Shown in pieces: positions 27,384 to 38,355 of a stretch of DNA of 64,000 nucleotides. Made by a program: the position numbers and the translations under genes. Source of the DNA: Bacteroidia bacterium (GTDB lineage: Bacteria; Bacteroidota; Bacteroidia; NS11-12g; UBA955); the NCBI GenBank assembly GCA_023228875.1, contig JALOAG010000005.1, positions 79,196-143,195 of the forward strand, given 5' to 3'. Position 1 is the first letter of the stretch. Each line of letters starts with the position of its first letter. The notes beneath the pieces were generated by a model. That model made no database searches. It had not been told where the DNA came from and saw only the letters and a list, made by a program, of their open reading frames with translations.

Positions 27384-29292
27384 ATGTTAGTAACGTCTCA
27401 AAAACCTTCTCATATTCCTGAGCAGCTTGGCTTATTTCTACTTCTAATTTCTTATAGTAATTTGACTTTTCAAGCATTTCACCTTCATGAATAAGGTTCT
27501 CGGGTGTGCTAAGCCATTTTTCAATATTTGCTTTTTCTGATTTCAATCTTTCTAATTCTGATTCGAATTCAGCCAGTTTTTTTTCTAACTTTTTCTTTTC
27601 ATTGAGCAAATCTTTTGCCGTATTGTCCGTATTGATGTTTTCTTTTGGCTTTGAAATGTTTTCGGTCTTTGTTGTGTTTTGAGTATTTGATTTCTCACGA
27701 ATATTCTCTTCCCAGTATTTGTATTCAGCATAAGACCCTAAGTACTCTTTGAGTTGGTGATCTTCAATCCACCAAATTTTATTTGCAACCCGAGTAATAA
27801 AATGCCTGTCGTGAGAAACAAAAATAGCGGTTCCTGTATAGTTATTCAAAGCCTGCACCAATATATCGGTTGATTGCATATCTAAGTGGTTGGTCGGCTC
27901 GTCCAGTAGAAGGAAATTTGCTTCTTGTATCAGACACTTGGATAAAGCCACACGTGCTTTTTCTCCACCTGAAAGGATTTTGATTTTTTTGAAAACATCA
28001 TCACCGGTAAATAGGAAACAACCTAAAACAGTTCGGAGTTCCATTTCAGTTTTTGCAGTTCCCATACTGTCTAATTCTTGTAATATAGCATTGTTTACAT
28101 TCAGTGCTTCCAATTGATGCTGCGCATAAAATGATTTGATAACATTATGTCCGGTTTCAACTTGCCCTGAATATGATTCTTCGCCTGCTAAGATTCGTAA
28201 GAGCGTAGTTTTACCTTTCCCATTCGCTCCTATCAAAGCAATTTTATCACCTCGGTTAATAGCCCCTTCGGCATTCTGGAGGATTATGTTGTCTCCATAA
28301 GACTTGGAAAGGTTATGGAATCTTTTTAATACTTTTCCTGAATGTTGTTTAACCTTAAAGTCGAGATTGATTTTAGACTCAGGATTTTCAATTGCTTCAA
28401 TGCGTTCTAATTTGTCAAGCAATTTCATTCTGCTTTGAGCCTGAGTAGCTTTTGATGCTTTGGCTTTGAACCTTTCTATAAATCGTTCTTGCTGTTTAAT
28501 AAATTGTTGTTGGTTCTCAAATTGCCTTTGTTGCAAGTCTTCACGTTCTTCTTTGGATGAAAGATAGAAAGAATAATTACCCGGGTATAAATAGAATTTA
28601 CCATAAGAGATTTCTGCAATGTGATTAACCATTCTGTCAAGGAAATAACGGTCGTGTGATACAACAATTACCGCACCTTTATAGTTCTGTAAATATTCTT
28701 CTAACCACATGATGGAAGGCAAATCCAAGTGGTTTGTAGGCTCATCCAGTAACAAAAGTCTGGGTTGGCGCAGTAGAATTTTAGCAAGCAATACTCTCAT
28801 TCTCCATCCTCCTGAAAACTCACTAAAAGGTCTTTGTAAATCTTTAGTGGCAAATCCCAAACCTTCTAAAACTTCTTCTGTTTTATGTTTAATGTTGTAT
28901 CCGTTAAGGCTTTCAAATCTATGTTGAACATCCCCTAACCTTGTAAGGATTTCTTCGCTGGAATCGGTTTCTAATTTTGTGTAGAGTGCATGTAGTTCTT
29001 CTTCTAATTTAATAACATCTGAAAAAGCCTCTAATGCAACTTCGTAAATTGATAGAGAATATTCTAAAGAAAGCAAATCTTGGTTTAGAAAACCAATAGT
29101 GCAATCATTGCTTTTATTTAAAATTCCCTCTGATGGGGTATAGTCTCCGGCAATGATTCGCAGCAGTGTAGATTTGCCGGCTCCATTCAATCCGACTAAA
29201 CCTATGCGCTGTCCTTCAAATATTTGCCAATTTACATCTTTGTATAAATACCTGCCTCCAAAATGGAAGCCTATATCTTGTAATGAAATCAA
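27376..29292 (-). CDS. ABC-F family ATPase (two ABC domains, C-terminal coiled-coil extension)
   Basis: Two Walker A sites (GLNGAGKST, GANGKGKTT) and two LSGG signatures (FSGGWRMR, LSGGEKAR). There are no TM domains. The C-terminal tail is K/E-rich and coiled-coil. Confidence 0.85.
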   Translation of the reverse strand: MISLQDIGFHFGGRYLYKDVNWQIFEGQRIGLVGLNGAGKSTLLRIIAGDYTPSEGILNKSNDCTIGFLNQDLLSLEYSLSIYEVALEAFSDVIKLEEELHALYTKLETDSSEEILTRLGDVQHRFESLNGYNIKHKTEEVLEGLGFATKDLQRPFSEFSGGWRMRVLLAKILLRQPRLLLLDEPTNHLDLPSIMWLEEYLQNYKGAVIVVSHDRYFLDRMVNHIAEISYGKFYLYPGNYSFYLSSKEEREDLQQRQFENQQQFIKQQERFIERFKAKASKATQAQSRMKLLDKLERIEAIENPESKINLDFKVKQHSGKVLKRFHNLSKSYGDNIILQNAEGAINRGDKIALIGANGKGKTTLLRILAGEESYSGQVETGHNVIKSFYAQHQLEALNVNNAILQELDSMGTAKTEMELRTVLGCFLFTGDDVFKKIKILSGGEKARVALSKCLIQEANFLLLDEPTNHLDMQSTDILVQALNNYTGTAIFVSHDRHFITRVANKIWWIEDHQLKEYLGSYAEYKYWEENIREKSNTQNTTKTENISKPKENINTDNTAKDLLNEKKKLEKKLAEFESELERLKSEKANIEKWLSTPENLIHEGEMLEKSNYYKKLEVEISQAAQEYEKVFETLLTFE

Positions 29293-29321
29293 GGGTTAAA
29301 CTAAGTAATGAAATAAAAAAA

Positions 29322-30128
29322 TTATGGTAATGAGTTTTTGAACTGTTGATAACGTTCAACAAACCTTTGTCCCTCTTTGCTGCCCATGCTTTCCCACTCT
29401 TTTGTAATAGCCTCTACTCGATTCTCAGGGTTGGGATGTGTACTCAAAAATTGTGGTCCGCTGGAATTGCCATTGGCTAACAGTTTTTCAAAAAAACGTG
29501 CTGCACCAAGAGCGTCATAGTCGGTAGGATAGAGGTAGATAACAGAATATTTGTCAGCTTCTCTCTCTGCATCTCTGCCATAGGCAAGTTCTTTAAGTCC
29601 AACGGCAACACGAGCTAATGCGCCTTTGTCTTGACCAAATACAATATCCAACAATAATTGAAGTCCATATTGTCGGGTCATAGCAGTGGTCGAATGTCTT
29701 CTGTCTGCATGGGCAATTTCATGTCCCATTACACCTGCTAATTCATCCTCTGACTCAAGGTATTTGATTAATCCGGTATAAACATAAATATATCCGCCAG
29801 GAGTGCAGAATGCATTAAGAGTACTGTCGTCATTGATAATATGGGTTTCCCAAACAAATTTGTCTTTATATTGAACTTTGCCGCTGTTCAGAATATTATC
29901 GGTAATTCTCTGTAAATGAGCATAAGCGTCAGAATATTTATTAGGATCTAATAACGGGTAATCTTGTGGACTGGCAGCTATTTCTTCTGAGACTTGTTTA
30001 CCTAACTCAATATCATCGTCTAATGAAAATATATTGATTTTCTTATCTTTACATGATTCAACAGAAATAGTGGTAGTAATGAGTACCAGTGATAATGGGA
30101 GAGTCCATTTAAAGAATGAGGTCTTCAT
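29322..30128 (-). CDS. M48-family zinc metallopeptidase (lipoprotein)
   Basis: HEIAH (HExxH) zinc motif with a downstream Glu. Lipoprotein-type signal (…ISVESC). Confidence 0.75.
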   Translation of the reverse strand: MKTSFFKWTLPLSLVLITTTISVESCKDKKINIFSLDDDIELGKQVSEEIAASPQDYPLLDPNKYSDAYAHLQRITDNILNSGKVQYKDKFVWETHIINDDSTLNAFCTPGGYIYVYTGLIKYLESEDELAGVMGHEIAHADRRHSTTAMTRQYGLQLLLDIVFGQDKGALARVAVGLKELAYGRDAEREADKYSVIYLYPTDYDALGAARFFEKLLANGNSSGPQFLSTHPNPENRVEAITKEWESMGSKEGQRFVERYQQFKNSLP

Positions 30129-30274
30129 TGTGAAATATTTTAGGGGTGCAAAGTTATGTTTTAGTGATTAAACTTCTAAACGCATTTAGCAGGTTGAATA
30201 AATGTTTTTTTAGACGAAAAAATTACAAGCCTTGAAATATTAAATATAATCATATTTATTTGCCGTAATGAACT

Positions 30275-31915
30275 TTGAATAGGATGAAGTTTCTACTGTA
30301 CATATTTGCAATGTTTATGCTTCTTTCTTGTGCAAAGAAAGAACCGGTAGATATGATCATTCACAATGGAAATATTCATGTAATGAATCAAAGTTTAGAT
30401 ACAGTAGATGCCCTCGCAATTAAAAATGGACGCATCGTTGCCATTGGATCTAACATTAATATACTCAAAAAGTATACGTCATCTCAAGTTATAGATGCTA
30501 AGCAAAGAGAAATTTATCCCGGGTTGCATGACTGTCACGCTCATTTATTAAGTTTAGCAAGACAAGAAATGACAGTTGATTTGCGAGGAACTCTATCATA
30601 TTATGAATTAATTGCCCGACTGGAAAAATACCAAACCAAAGCTCAAAGAGATATTATTATTGGACGTGGATGGGATCATACACTGTGGGGGGAGACAGAG
30701 TTTCCTGATAATGACAGGCTCAATGAATCGTATCCTACTACTCCGGTGGCGTTGACTCGAATTGATGGACATGCAATGTTGATTAACAAAGCAATGATGG
30801 ATTATCTTGGGATAACCCATCACTCAAAAATCAAAGGAGGCGTGTATCTAAAAAAGAAGGGAAAGTTGACAGGGATATTGTTGGATAATGCTGTGGATGA
30901 AGTTAATAAGAAGTTACCTAAGCCCAACAAAGCACTACTGGCAAAAAAATTTTATGAAGTCCAAGAGTTATTACTGGCACATGGGATAACTACCATTCAC
31001 GATGCCGGACTTGATGATGAAGCGCGTGATTTTTTTATTGAACTTGCAAATCAAAAGAAACTCAAAATAAACATTTATGCAATGCTTTTTCCCACACAGG
31101 GTAATATTGAGTTTGCGAAGCAACATGGGCATTATGTCAATGGTCGTCTAACCATTAGAAGTTTTAAAATGATTGCTGATGGTGCACTTGGTTCAAGGGG
31201 CGCTTGTTTGATAGAACCGTATTCAGACGATATACATAATCATGGTTTGATGGTAAGTTCTTATGAAGAATTATTGTCAAATTTTGAGATTGCCAAACAA
31301 TTAAATTATCAAATGAATACGCATTGCATAGGAGATTCTGCAAATAGGGTAGTACTTCAATTGGTAGATTCGCTCATGCGCGGAGTTCAAGACCATAGAT
31401 GGCGCATAGAGCATGCACAAGTTGTTCATCCGGGTGATGTAAAGTATTTTCGTTCTTCAGGATTGATTCCTTCGGTTCAGCCAACCCATGCTACGTCTGA
31501 TCAGCGATGGGCAGAAATTAGACTTGGCAGACAGCGAATGTTATCTGAGGCGTATTTATACAAATCTTTACTTGATACACGCGGTATGATTCTTTTTGGT
31601 ACAGATTTTCCGATAGAAAATTATGATCCATTTTTAACAATATTTGCTGCTACTGCACGCAAAAATTCGGATAACGAACCTGCGGAGGGTTTTATGCCTA
31701 AAGAATCAATCTCATTAGAAAAAACTATGCTTGCAATGACTGCTTGGGCTGCCTATGGTTGTTTTACCGAGAAGGAATCAGGAACATTGGAAGTTGGTAA
31801 AACTGCTACGTTTGTAATATTAAATTACCCCTTGGCAAATTTCAAAGAATTTCATAAAAATTCATCTTGGATGACTTTTATTGACGGGCAAATTGTTTTT
31901 AAAAGACAACTATAA
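30275..31915 (+). CDS. Amidohydrolase-family metal-dependent hydrolase (lipoprotein)
   Basis: Signal plus lipobox (LLSC). Metal-binding 'HDCHAH' segment near the N-terminus and a C-terminal 'GTDFP' segment, as in the amidohydrolase_3 family. Confidence 0.7.
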   Translation: MNRMKFLLYIFAMFMLLSCAKKEPVDMIIHNGNIHVMNQSLDTVDALAIKNGRIVAIGSNINILKKYTSSQVIDAKQREIYPGLHDCHAHLLSLARQEMTVDLRGTLSYYELIARLEKYQTKAQRDIIIGRGWDHTLWGETEFPDNDRLNESYPTTPVALTRIDGHAMLINKAMMDYLGITHHSKIKGGVYLKKKGKLTGILLDNAVDEVNKKLPKPNKALLAKKFYEVQELLLAHGITTIHDAGLDDEARDFFIELANQKKLKINIYAMLFPTQGNIEFAKQHGHYVNGRLTIRSFKMIADGALGSRGACLIEPYSDDIHNHGLMVSSYEELLSNFEIAKQLNYQMNTHCIGDSANRVVLQLVDSLMRGVQDHRWRIEHAQVVHPGDVKYFRSSGLIPSVQPTHATSDQRWAEIRLGRQRMLSEAYLYKSLLDTRGMILFGTDFPIENYDPFLTIFAATARKNSDNEPAEGFMPKESISLEKTMLAMTAWAAYGCFTEKESGTLEVGKTATFVILNYPLANFKEFHKNSSWMTFIDGQIVFKRQL

Positions 31916-31924
31916 ATTCAAAGG

Positions 31925-32608
31925 TTACTCTTTTTGGATTACAGTCCATTCTTTGAGGTTCCAAATTGCGGAAGGAATAGAGGAGCCTTGCATATAAAAC
32001 ACTTTTTTTATTACACCTATATTTTTGACATGGTAGAATCTTGCTTCACCGTTTGCTGGAAAACAAAAATTGTCATGTGTGCAAACAACACTGTCAAATG
32101 TGGTGTCAGCCATTAACATTGAGGGAATAATGCTCTCAATGGTAAAAAGAGAACGCGAACCGTATTTTTTTGAATTTCCAACCTGAATAGGAAATAATAA
32201 ATAGGTTGAAGATAAAGTACGTTCGGCTTTTTTTCTGAAAGTCATTTCCCCTGTTAGAGCGTCAGGGTTTTTGTCTTCATAAATCCCATAGAATTCATAA
32301 TTCTTAGGGTTTGAAATTGAGTCTTCGGGGTAATTTAATCTCAGCTCTCTTTGTTTGCGTGTAGGACACTTGCTTTTTTCCGGTATTGTTTCTTTAATGT
32401 AATATTTATGTGCATAAATTGACACAGTATCAAATTGACCGGAAATAGAATCCTGATAAATCCAATATGAGCCCGGCAGAAATTCTGCCCATTCTTTCAT
32501 TTCTTGCTGAATCTCAACAGTCTCAATGTATTTGCAATTGTTGTTACAAGAAAAGATTACGCCCAACAAACAAGACATACCAAGTACGTGAGTAGCCTTG
32601 TAGAACAT
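31925..32608 (-). CDS. Lipoprotein of unknown function
   Basis: N-terminal hydrophobic segment with a Cys (…GVIFSC). Length 227 aa. Confidence 0.4.
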   Translation of the reverse strand: MFYKATHVLGMSCLLGVIFSCNNNCKYIETVEIQQEMKEWAEFLPGSYWIYQDSISGQFDTVSIYAHKYYIKETIPEKSKCPTRKQRELRLNYPEDSISNPKNYEFYGIYEDKNPDALTGEMTFRKKAERTLSSTYLLFPIQVGNSKKYGSRSLFTIESIIPSMLMADTTFDSVVCTHDNFCFPANGEARFYHVKNIGVIKKVFYMQGSSIPSAIWNLKEWTVIQKE

Positions 32609-32611
32609 AAA

Positions 32612-33268
32612 CTACTTGTTTACCTTTTTATGGTCTTCTAAAAATTTGGCTAAGCCACTGTCTGTTAAAGGGTGATTAAGTAATCCTAATATTGAACTTA
32701 ACGGACAAGTAACAACATTTGCTCCGGCTTCTGCAGATTTAATAATATGTAATGGATTGCGAATAGATGCAGCCAATATTTGGGTTTCAAATCTTTGGAC
32801 TGCATAGATATGTGCAATTTGCTGTATTAGCTCCATGCCGTCAAAACTAATATCATCTAATCTTCCTATAAAAGGTGAAACATAAGTTGCTCCTGCTTTG
32901 GCAGCTAAAATAGCTTGACCTGCGCTGAAAACAAGTGTACAATTTGTGCGAATACCTTTTTTTGTTAAATAACTAATAGCCTTAACACCATCTTTAATCA
33001 TTGGAATTTTAACAACTATGTTCTTGTGGATTTTTGCCAACTCCAAACCCTCTTTTATCATTCCATCAAAATCAGTAGCAATCACTTCTGCACTAATGTC
33101 TCCGTCCACAATTTCACAAATTGTTTTATAATGTTTTTTAACATTTGCATTTCCTTTTATACCTTCTTTAGCCATCAGTGAAGGATTGGTTGTAACCCCG
33201 TCAAGGATTCCGAGTGCATTTGCTTCTTTGATTTGTTCAAGGTTTGCAGTGTCTAAAAAGAATTTCAT
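32612..33268 (-). CDS. fsa: Fructose-6-phosphate aldolase / short transaldolase family protein
   Basis: At 218 aa it is in the short-transaldolase class. Conserved 'MKFFLDTAN...GVTTNPSL' N-terminus, with the Schiff-base Lys in 'VVKIP'. Confidence 0.8.
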   Translation of the reverse strand: MKFFLDTANLEQIKEANALGILDGVTTNPSLMAKEGIKGNANVKKHYKTICEIVDGDISAEVIATDFDGMIKEGLELAKIHKNIVVKIPMIKDGVKAISYLTKKGIRTNCTLVFSAGQAILAAKAGATYVSPFIGRLDDISFDGMELIQQIAHIYAVQRFETQILAASIRNPLHIIKSAEAGANVVTCPLSSILGLLNHPLTDSGLAKFLEDHKKVNK

Positions 33269-33389
33269 GTTGATTGATTTAAAGATGCAAAACTATTTTC
33301 AGTGCATGGGATTGACTTAACAACTTGTAAACAATTAGCCATTTCATCAAGAATGGGTTTTTATCTACCTTTGCGCACGTTCATAATAC

Positions 33390-34322
33390 ATGAGTATGAT
33401 ACAACAAGAAAAAATCAGCATCATCGCTTGTCCTTCTGAAATTGCAGCAGGTAAGCTGGGTAACGCACAAGGGGTTGTTGAGTTGATTAATCTTTTCAAT
33501 GAACAGAAGATATACCCTTTTGCAAAATATGTATTTACTCCAATTCAGAACAAATTAAATGAAGGGAAAACGTTTTTCAATGCCAAACACATCGAACAAG
33601 TATATCATAATTTAGTAGCGACTTATCATACTGTGAACTCAGAGATGCGTGAAGGAAGATTTTGTGTCAACGTACTTGGGGATCACAGTAATGCAATTGC
33701 AACTTTCTCATGCTTTGCAGATATATACGGGGTTGAAAATTCGGGACTGATTTGGGTAGATGCACATGCTGATATGCATTCTCCTTACACTACTCCATCG
33801 GGAAATATGCACGGAATGCCTTTGGCTGCACTAATGGCAACAGATAACATTGAGAATGTCAAGAATGCTGTTGAGGTAGAGTTGAAAGCATGGTGGGACA
33901 GGTTTAAAAATATTGGACAACTAGGTAGCCACCCTAAATTGTTGCCAAGAAATTTGGTAATAATAGGATTGAGAGATTTTGAATCGCAAGAAGAAGCATT
34001 GTTTAACAAACTCAATGTGAAATATTTTGCACCTGATACTATTAAAGAAATTGGTATTGAGGCTGTAATGAAACAGGCAAAAGAATATCTCAATCATTGT
34101 AATAGTTTGATGTGTTCTTTTGATGTGGACTCGATTGATTCAAGTTTGGTAAAAGGCACAGGTACTCCGGTTGTCAATGGGTTGACACTTGAAGAGGCAA
34201 GATTTGTTTTTGATTTTGTGTTTGTAAATCCTGAATTTAAGTCTTTAGATATAACGGAGTTTAATCCTACTTTGGATTCTTCTAATCAGACAGCAGAAAG
34301 AGTCTTGCACTTGTTTAAATAA
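33390..34322 (+). CDS. Arginase/agmatinase/formiminoglutamase-family hydrolase
   Basis: Metal-binding motifs 'GDHS', 'DAHADMH' and 'SFDVDSIDS'. Confidence 0.7.
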   Translation: MSMIQQEKISIIACPSEIAAGKLGNAQGVVELINLFNEQKIYPFAKYVFTPIQNKLNEGKTFFNAKHIEQVYHNLVATYHTVNSEMREGRFCVNVLGDHSNAIATFSCFADIYGVENSGLIWVDAHADMHSPYTTPSGNMHGMPLAALMATDNIENVKNAVEVELKAWWDRFKNIGQLGSHPKLLPRNLVIIGLRDFESQEEALFNKLNVKYFAPDTIKEIGIEAVMKQAKEYLNHCNSLMCSFDVDSIDSSLVKGTGTPVVNGLTLEEARFVFDFVFVNPEFKSLDITEFNPTLDSSNQTAERVLHLFK

Positions 34323-34439
34323 TCTTTGAGAGCCTCTCTATGATTATTTATCAACTTTTTGTGATAAAAAATCTCTGTTGAATCAATAATACGGTACTGA
34401 AATTTAATTTAACTTGCCCCCAGATTAGCAAAGGGAAAA

Positions 34440-35957
34440 ATGGCAATTTTTAATTCACTCATCAATTGGTATTTTAAAAACAGACTACAGTCTTTAGAGG
34501 ATTCAATTCAAAATTCTATTGCAATCCAGAAAAGGACGTTAGTTGAGTTGCTTGAAAGAGCAAAGTACACCGAGTTTGGTAAGAAATATCAATTTGAAAC
34601 CATCAGGGATTATAAAGATTTTGCAACGCAAGTGCCTATTGCGACTTATGAGGATTTACATCCTTATATTGAACGGATGATGAAAGGTGAGCAGAATGTG
34701 TTGTGGAGTACAGAGATCAAATGGTTTGCAAAATCATCCGGTACTACAAATAATCGTAGCAAGTTTATACCTGTAAGTGGAGAAACTATAGAAACTTGCC
34801 ATTTAGAAGCAGGAAGAGATGTAATTTCAATTTATCTAAAGCATAAACCAGAGAGTAATTTGTTTACTGGCAAAGGCTTGCTAATAGGAGGAAGTCAGAA
34901 CGTTAATCCGCTAAACGAATACTCTAATTATGGAGATTTGTCTGCAGTGATGATAAAACATTTGCCTATTTGGGTGCATTTATTCAAAACTCCAAGTCTG
35001 TCCATTGCATTGATGGATGATTGGGAGAAAAAAGCTGAAAAGATGGCTGAATATACTGTTCAAGAAAATGTAACCAGTATTTCGGGAGTGCCCACATGGA
35101 CATTGGTCTTATTTGAAAAATTGCTTAAGAGAACCGGAAAATTGAATATGTTGGAAGTATGGCCCAATATGGAGTTATACATTCACGGTGGTGTAGGCTT
35201 TACACCCTACAGGAAACAATTTAAAGAATATTTTCCTTCTGAGCAGGTTAGTTACCTTGAAACCTATAACGCATCAGAAGGATTTTTTGGAATTCAAACG
35301 GATTTATCTGTCAATGAAATAGCATTGATGGTTCATTATGGAATTTTCTTTGAATTTATTCCTATGGAAGAATTTGGAAAAGAAAACGCAAGGATTTTGC
35401 CATTATGGGAAGTGCAAGCCGGAGTTAATTATGCCGTTATCATTTCTAATAATTCTGGTTTGTGGCGCTATCAATTGGGCGACACCATTAAGTTTACATC
35501 AGTAGCACCATTTAAATTCCATGTTACAGGAAGAACACGTTTGTTTATCAATGCTTTTGGAGAGGAATTAATGATAGACAATGCAGATAGGGCAATAGAA
35601 CATGCGTGTAAATTGTGTAACGCTACTATAAAAGACTATACTGCAGCACCTATTTATTTGGACGATCCTAATAATGCAGGTCATCAATGGTTAATTGAAT
35701 TTGAAAATCAGCCACGGGATTTAACGCAGTTTACTATTGAGTTGGATAATAAATTAAAGGAATTGAACACCGATTATGAAGCGAAACGCCACAAAGATTT
35801 AGCGTTAAAGATGCCTAAAATCAATGTGGTTCCCGCAGATACATTTCATAAATGGCTTAGTAGTAAGAATAAGCTTGGAGGACAACACAAAGTACCACGC
35901 TTGTGGAATGACCGCAGTATTGTTGAAGAAATGCTTAAACTCGTTAGCGAGCATTAA
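34440..35957 (+). CDS. GH3-family (auxin-responsive-promoter-like) acyl-adenylate-forming enzyme
   Basis: The N-terminus 'MAIFNSLINWYFKNRLQ' is typical of bacterial GH3 proteins. ~500 aa, with adenylation-fold-like segments (SSGTT...). Confidence 0.65.
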   Translation: MAIFNSLINWYFKNRLQSLEDSIQNSIAIQKRTLVELLERAKYTEFGKKYQFETIRDYKDFATQVPIATYEDLHPYIERMMKGEQNVLWSTEIKWFAKSSGTTNNRSKFIPVSGETIETCHLEAGRDVISIYLKHKPESNLFTGKGLLIGGSQNVNPLNEYSNYGDLSAVMIKHLPIWVHLFKTPSLSIALMDDWEKKAEKMAEYTVQENVTSISGVPTWTLVLFEKLLKRTGKLNMLEVWPNMELYIHGGVGFTPYRKQFKEYFPSEQVSYLETYNASEGFFGIQTDLSVNEIALMVHYGIFFEFIPMEEFGKENARILPLWEVQAGVNYAVIISNNSGLWRYQLGDTIKFTSVAPFKFHVTGRTRLFINAFGEELMIDNADRAIEHACKLCNATIKDYTAAPIYLDDPNNAGHQWLIEFENQPRDLTQFTIELDNKLKELNTDYEAKRHKDLALKMPKINVVPADTFHKWLSSKNKLGGQHKVPRLWNDRSIVEEMLKLVSEH

Positions 35958-36046
35958 GTCTTTGTAACAGATTATTTTGTGCTTTGGTACAAGATTTGAG
36001 AAAAAACAGCGTTTGACTTTCAATTATTTCAACACATATTTTATAC

Positions 36047-38167
36047 TTGCAGCCAATGAAATTACTTCTTAAAATGTTTAATAAATACAGATGGATGTGG
36101 GTAGTAATACCTGCTGCTCTCATTTTTCTGGGATTTTGCTATAAAAGGCAAAAAGGCGGAGAAGAAATTCTGCCAAGGTTGGTATTACAAACACTCAATA
36201 ATTCTCATTATCAACCCTTACGCATAGATGATACATTTTCGGTTAGGGTGTTTAGGCTCTATTTAGACCAATTAGATAAGAATAAAAGGTTCTTTTTGAA
36301 ATCAGATTTTGACAGTTTTGCCAAATACCGATATTCATTGGATGACCAAGCAAATCAGGGTTCGTATGAGTTCTTGGATTTGGTGTCCGAAACCTTTTCT
36401 GAAAGGGTTGCAGAATTGGAAGAAATTTATGAACAAATTTTAAGTTATAAATTTGAGTTTGAGTCAGATGAAAAATATGTCTTTGATGAAGATAATAGAA
36501 AGTATTTTGCCTCAATGGATGAACTTGCAAAGGACTGGAGGAAGTATTTAAAATTAAATGTACTGGAAAAATATTATTCCAAAGTTACCGCACAAGAAAA
36601 ATCTTTAGCCAATAAAGAAGAAGGGTTTGTTGCAAAGCCATTAGACTCGTTGGAATATTATTCACGTCAAGAGGTTTTAAAAACCCAAAGGAATCTATTT
36701 AAGAGGTTGAAAAAGTTCACACGAGAAGAACAGTTAGACTTATATATCAACTGCATGACCTCTGTTTTTGACCCTCATACAAGCTATTTCCCACCAAAAG
36801 AAAAAGAAGATTTTGACATTAGAATGTCAGGAAGATTGGAGGGAATAGGAGCGCAACTCAGTGAGAGAGATGGAGAATTGAAAGTTGAAATGATAGTGCC
36901 GGGCAGCCCAAGTTATTTGCAAGGAGAATTAAAAGCAGGAGATATCATCCTGAAAGTTGCACAACAAGATAGTACCCCTGTAGATGTTCGAAATATGGAA
37001 TTAAGCGATGCGGTGCAATTAATCAGAGGGAAAAAAGGTACCACTGTGATTCTTACTGTGCGCAAACCGGATGGTTCAATAATAGATATCTCAATAGTAC
37101 GTGATGTGGTAATTATGGAGGAAGGATATGTAAAAACCGCGATTATTGAACTAGGAAAGGATAGGTATGGCTATATTTATTTACCCCAGTTTTATACAGA
37201 TATGAATAATAGTGGCGGTAGAACATGTGCTCAAGATGTAAAAGAAGCGGTTCTAAATCTTATGGATGAGGGAGTAAAAGGAATTGTATTCGATTTGAGA
37301 AATAATGGAGGCGGTTCGTTGCAAGATGTTGTTGATATGACAGGATTGTTTATTGGGCACAGACCTGTTGTGCAAGCTAAATATAGAGGTGGTTCGCCCA
37401 GTGTATATGCCAGCAGAGAAAGTAAAATTACTTATAAAGGACCATTGGTTGTCCTAATCAACAAATACAGTGCAAGTGCTTCTGAGATAATGGCTGCTTC
37501 ATTACAAGATTATCAAAGAGCATTGATTTTGGGTAGCGATAAAAGGTCTTTTGGAAAAGGAACAGTACAACGTTTTCTTGATTTAGATAGATATGCCCCA
37601 CCATCATCTAAATATGCATTTGGTTCATTAAAAGTAACTATTCAAAAGTTCTATAGAGTAAACGGAGGAACAACACAGCTAATTGGAGTAATCCCTGACG
37701 TGGTAATGCCTGATCGTTTTTCTTCTGTGGAAGTGGGAGAAGAAACAGAGGAATATCCGCTTCAATGGAGTGAAATTGCTCCTTTACCAATCAAAATGGA
37801 TATGAATTCGCAAGAAAAGAGAATAAATATTGCTAAGAAAAATGCTCAAAAGCGAATTGAAGAAAGTCCTATTTTTAAACTCATTTCCGAAGACAGCAAG
37901 AGAATAGAACAAAACAATAAGCGTACTACATTCTCTCTTCGTTTTGCAGACTACAAAGCTGAACAAGAGATGTGGGACAAGCAGAATAAAGAGTATGATG
38001 AAAAATTCAAAGCAAATCTTGTTGAGAATAAATTATTGGCTCTTAAAAAGGATTTATTGCAAATTGGTTCTGATTCTGTAAAATTAAAGATGAAAAATGA
38101 TTGGTTGAACAGCTATAAAAAGGATGTTTATCTGAATGAAGCTGTGAATATTTTGGGGGATTTGTAA
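36047..38167 (+). CDS. ctpA: Carboxy-terminal processing protease (S41 family, tail-specific protease)
   Basis: N-terminal TM helix, a PDZ segment and an S41 catalytic region (…GGSLQDVVDM… KYSASASEI…). Length 706 aa. Confidence 0.8.
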   Translation: MQPMKLLLKMFNKYRWMWVVIPAALIFLGFCYKRQKGGEEILPRLVLQTLNNSHYQPLRIDDTFSVRVFRLYLDQLDKNKRFFLKSDFDSFAKYRYSLDDQANQGSYEFLDLVSETFSERVAELEEIYEQILSYKFEFESDEKYVFDEDNRKYFASMDELAKDWRKYLKLNVLEKYYSKVTAQEKSLANKEEGFVAKPLDSLEYYSRQEVLKTQRNLFKRLKKFTREEQLDLYINCMTSVFDPHTSYFPPKEKEDFDIRMSGRLEGIGAQLSERDGELKVEMIVPGSPSYLQGELKAGDIILKVAQQDSTPVDVRNMELSDAVQLIRGKKGTTVILTVRKPDGSIIDISIVRDVVIMEEGYVKTAIIELGKDRYGYIYLPQFYTDMNNSGGRTCAQDVKEAVLNLMDEGVKGIVFDLRNNGGGSLQDVVDMTGLFIGHRPVVQAKYRGGSPSVYASRESKITYKGPLVVLINKYSASASEIMAASLQDYQRALILGSDKRSFGKGTVQRFLDLDRYAPPSSKYAFGSLKVTIQKFYRVNGGTTQLIGVIPDVVMPDRFSSVEVGEETEEYPLQWSEIAPLPIKMDMNSQEKRINIAKKNAQKRIEESPIFKLISEDSKRIEQNNKRTTFSLRFADYKAEQEMWDKQNKEYDEKFKANLVENKLLALKKDLLQIGSDSVKLKMKNDWLNSYKKDVYLNEAVNILGDL

Positions 38168-38195
38168 AAACTTTTTCCCATAAAATTCTTTAAAC

Positions 38196-38230
38196 GCCCT
38201 GACCTGAATTAAGAGTCAGGGCTTTTTTTA
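38196..38230 (+). terminator. Rho-independent terminator
   Basis: Perfect 8-bp stem GCCCTGAC/GTCAGGGC with a 12-nt loop, followed by TTTTTTT. It lies immediately after the stop of the S41 protease gene. Confidence 0.8.
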
Positions 38231-38355
38231 TTCAATGAAATTGTAGTGAAAAGTGACATTGTCATGAGATTGTCATATTTCTTGTTTATGACAAGTTTTA
38301 TAGTGCTATACTAACAGCCGTAATTACTTTTGCGCCAAGTTTATTTATCTACCTT

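Noticed and set aside
27376-29292. Interpreting the ABC-F protein as a novel antibiotic-resistance or defence ATPase
   Set aside because: Chromosomal ABC-F paralogues (EttA/Uup/YheS-like) are universal housekeeping translation factors. Nothing in the context (M48 peptidase, amidohydrolase) points to a resistance island.
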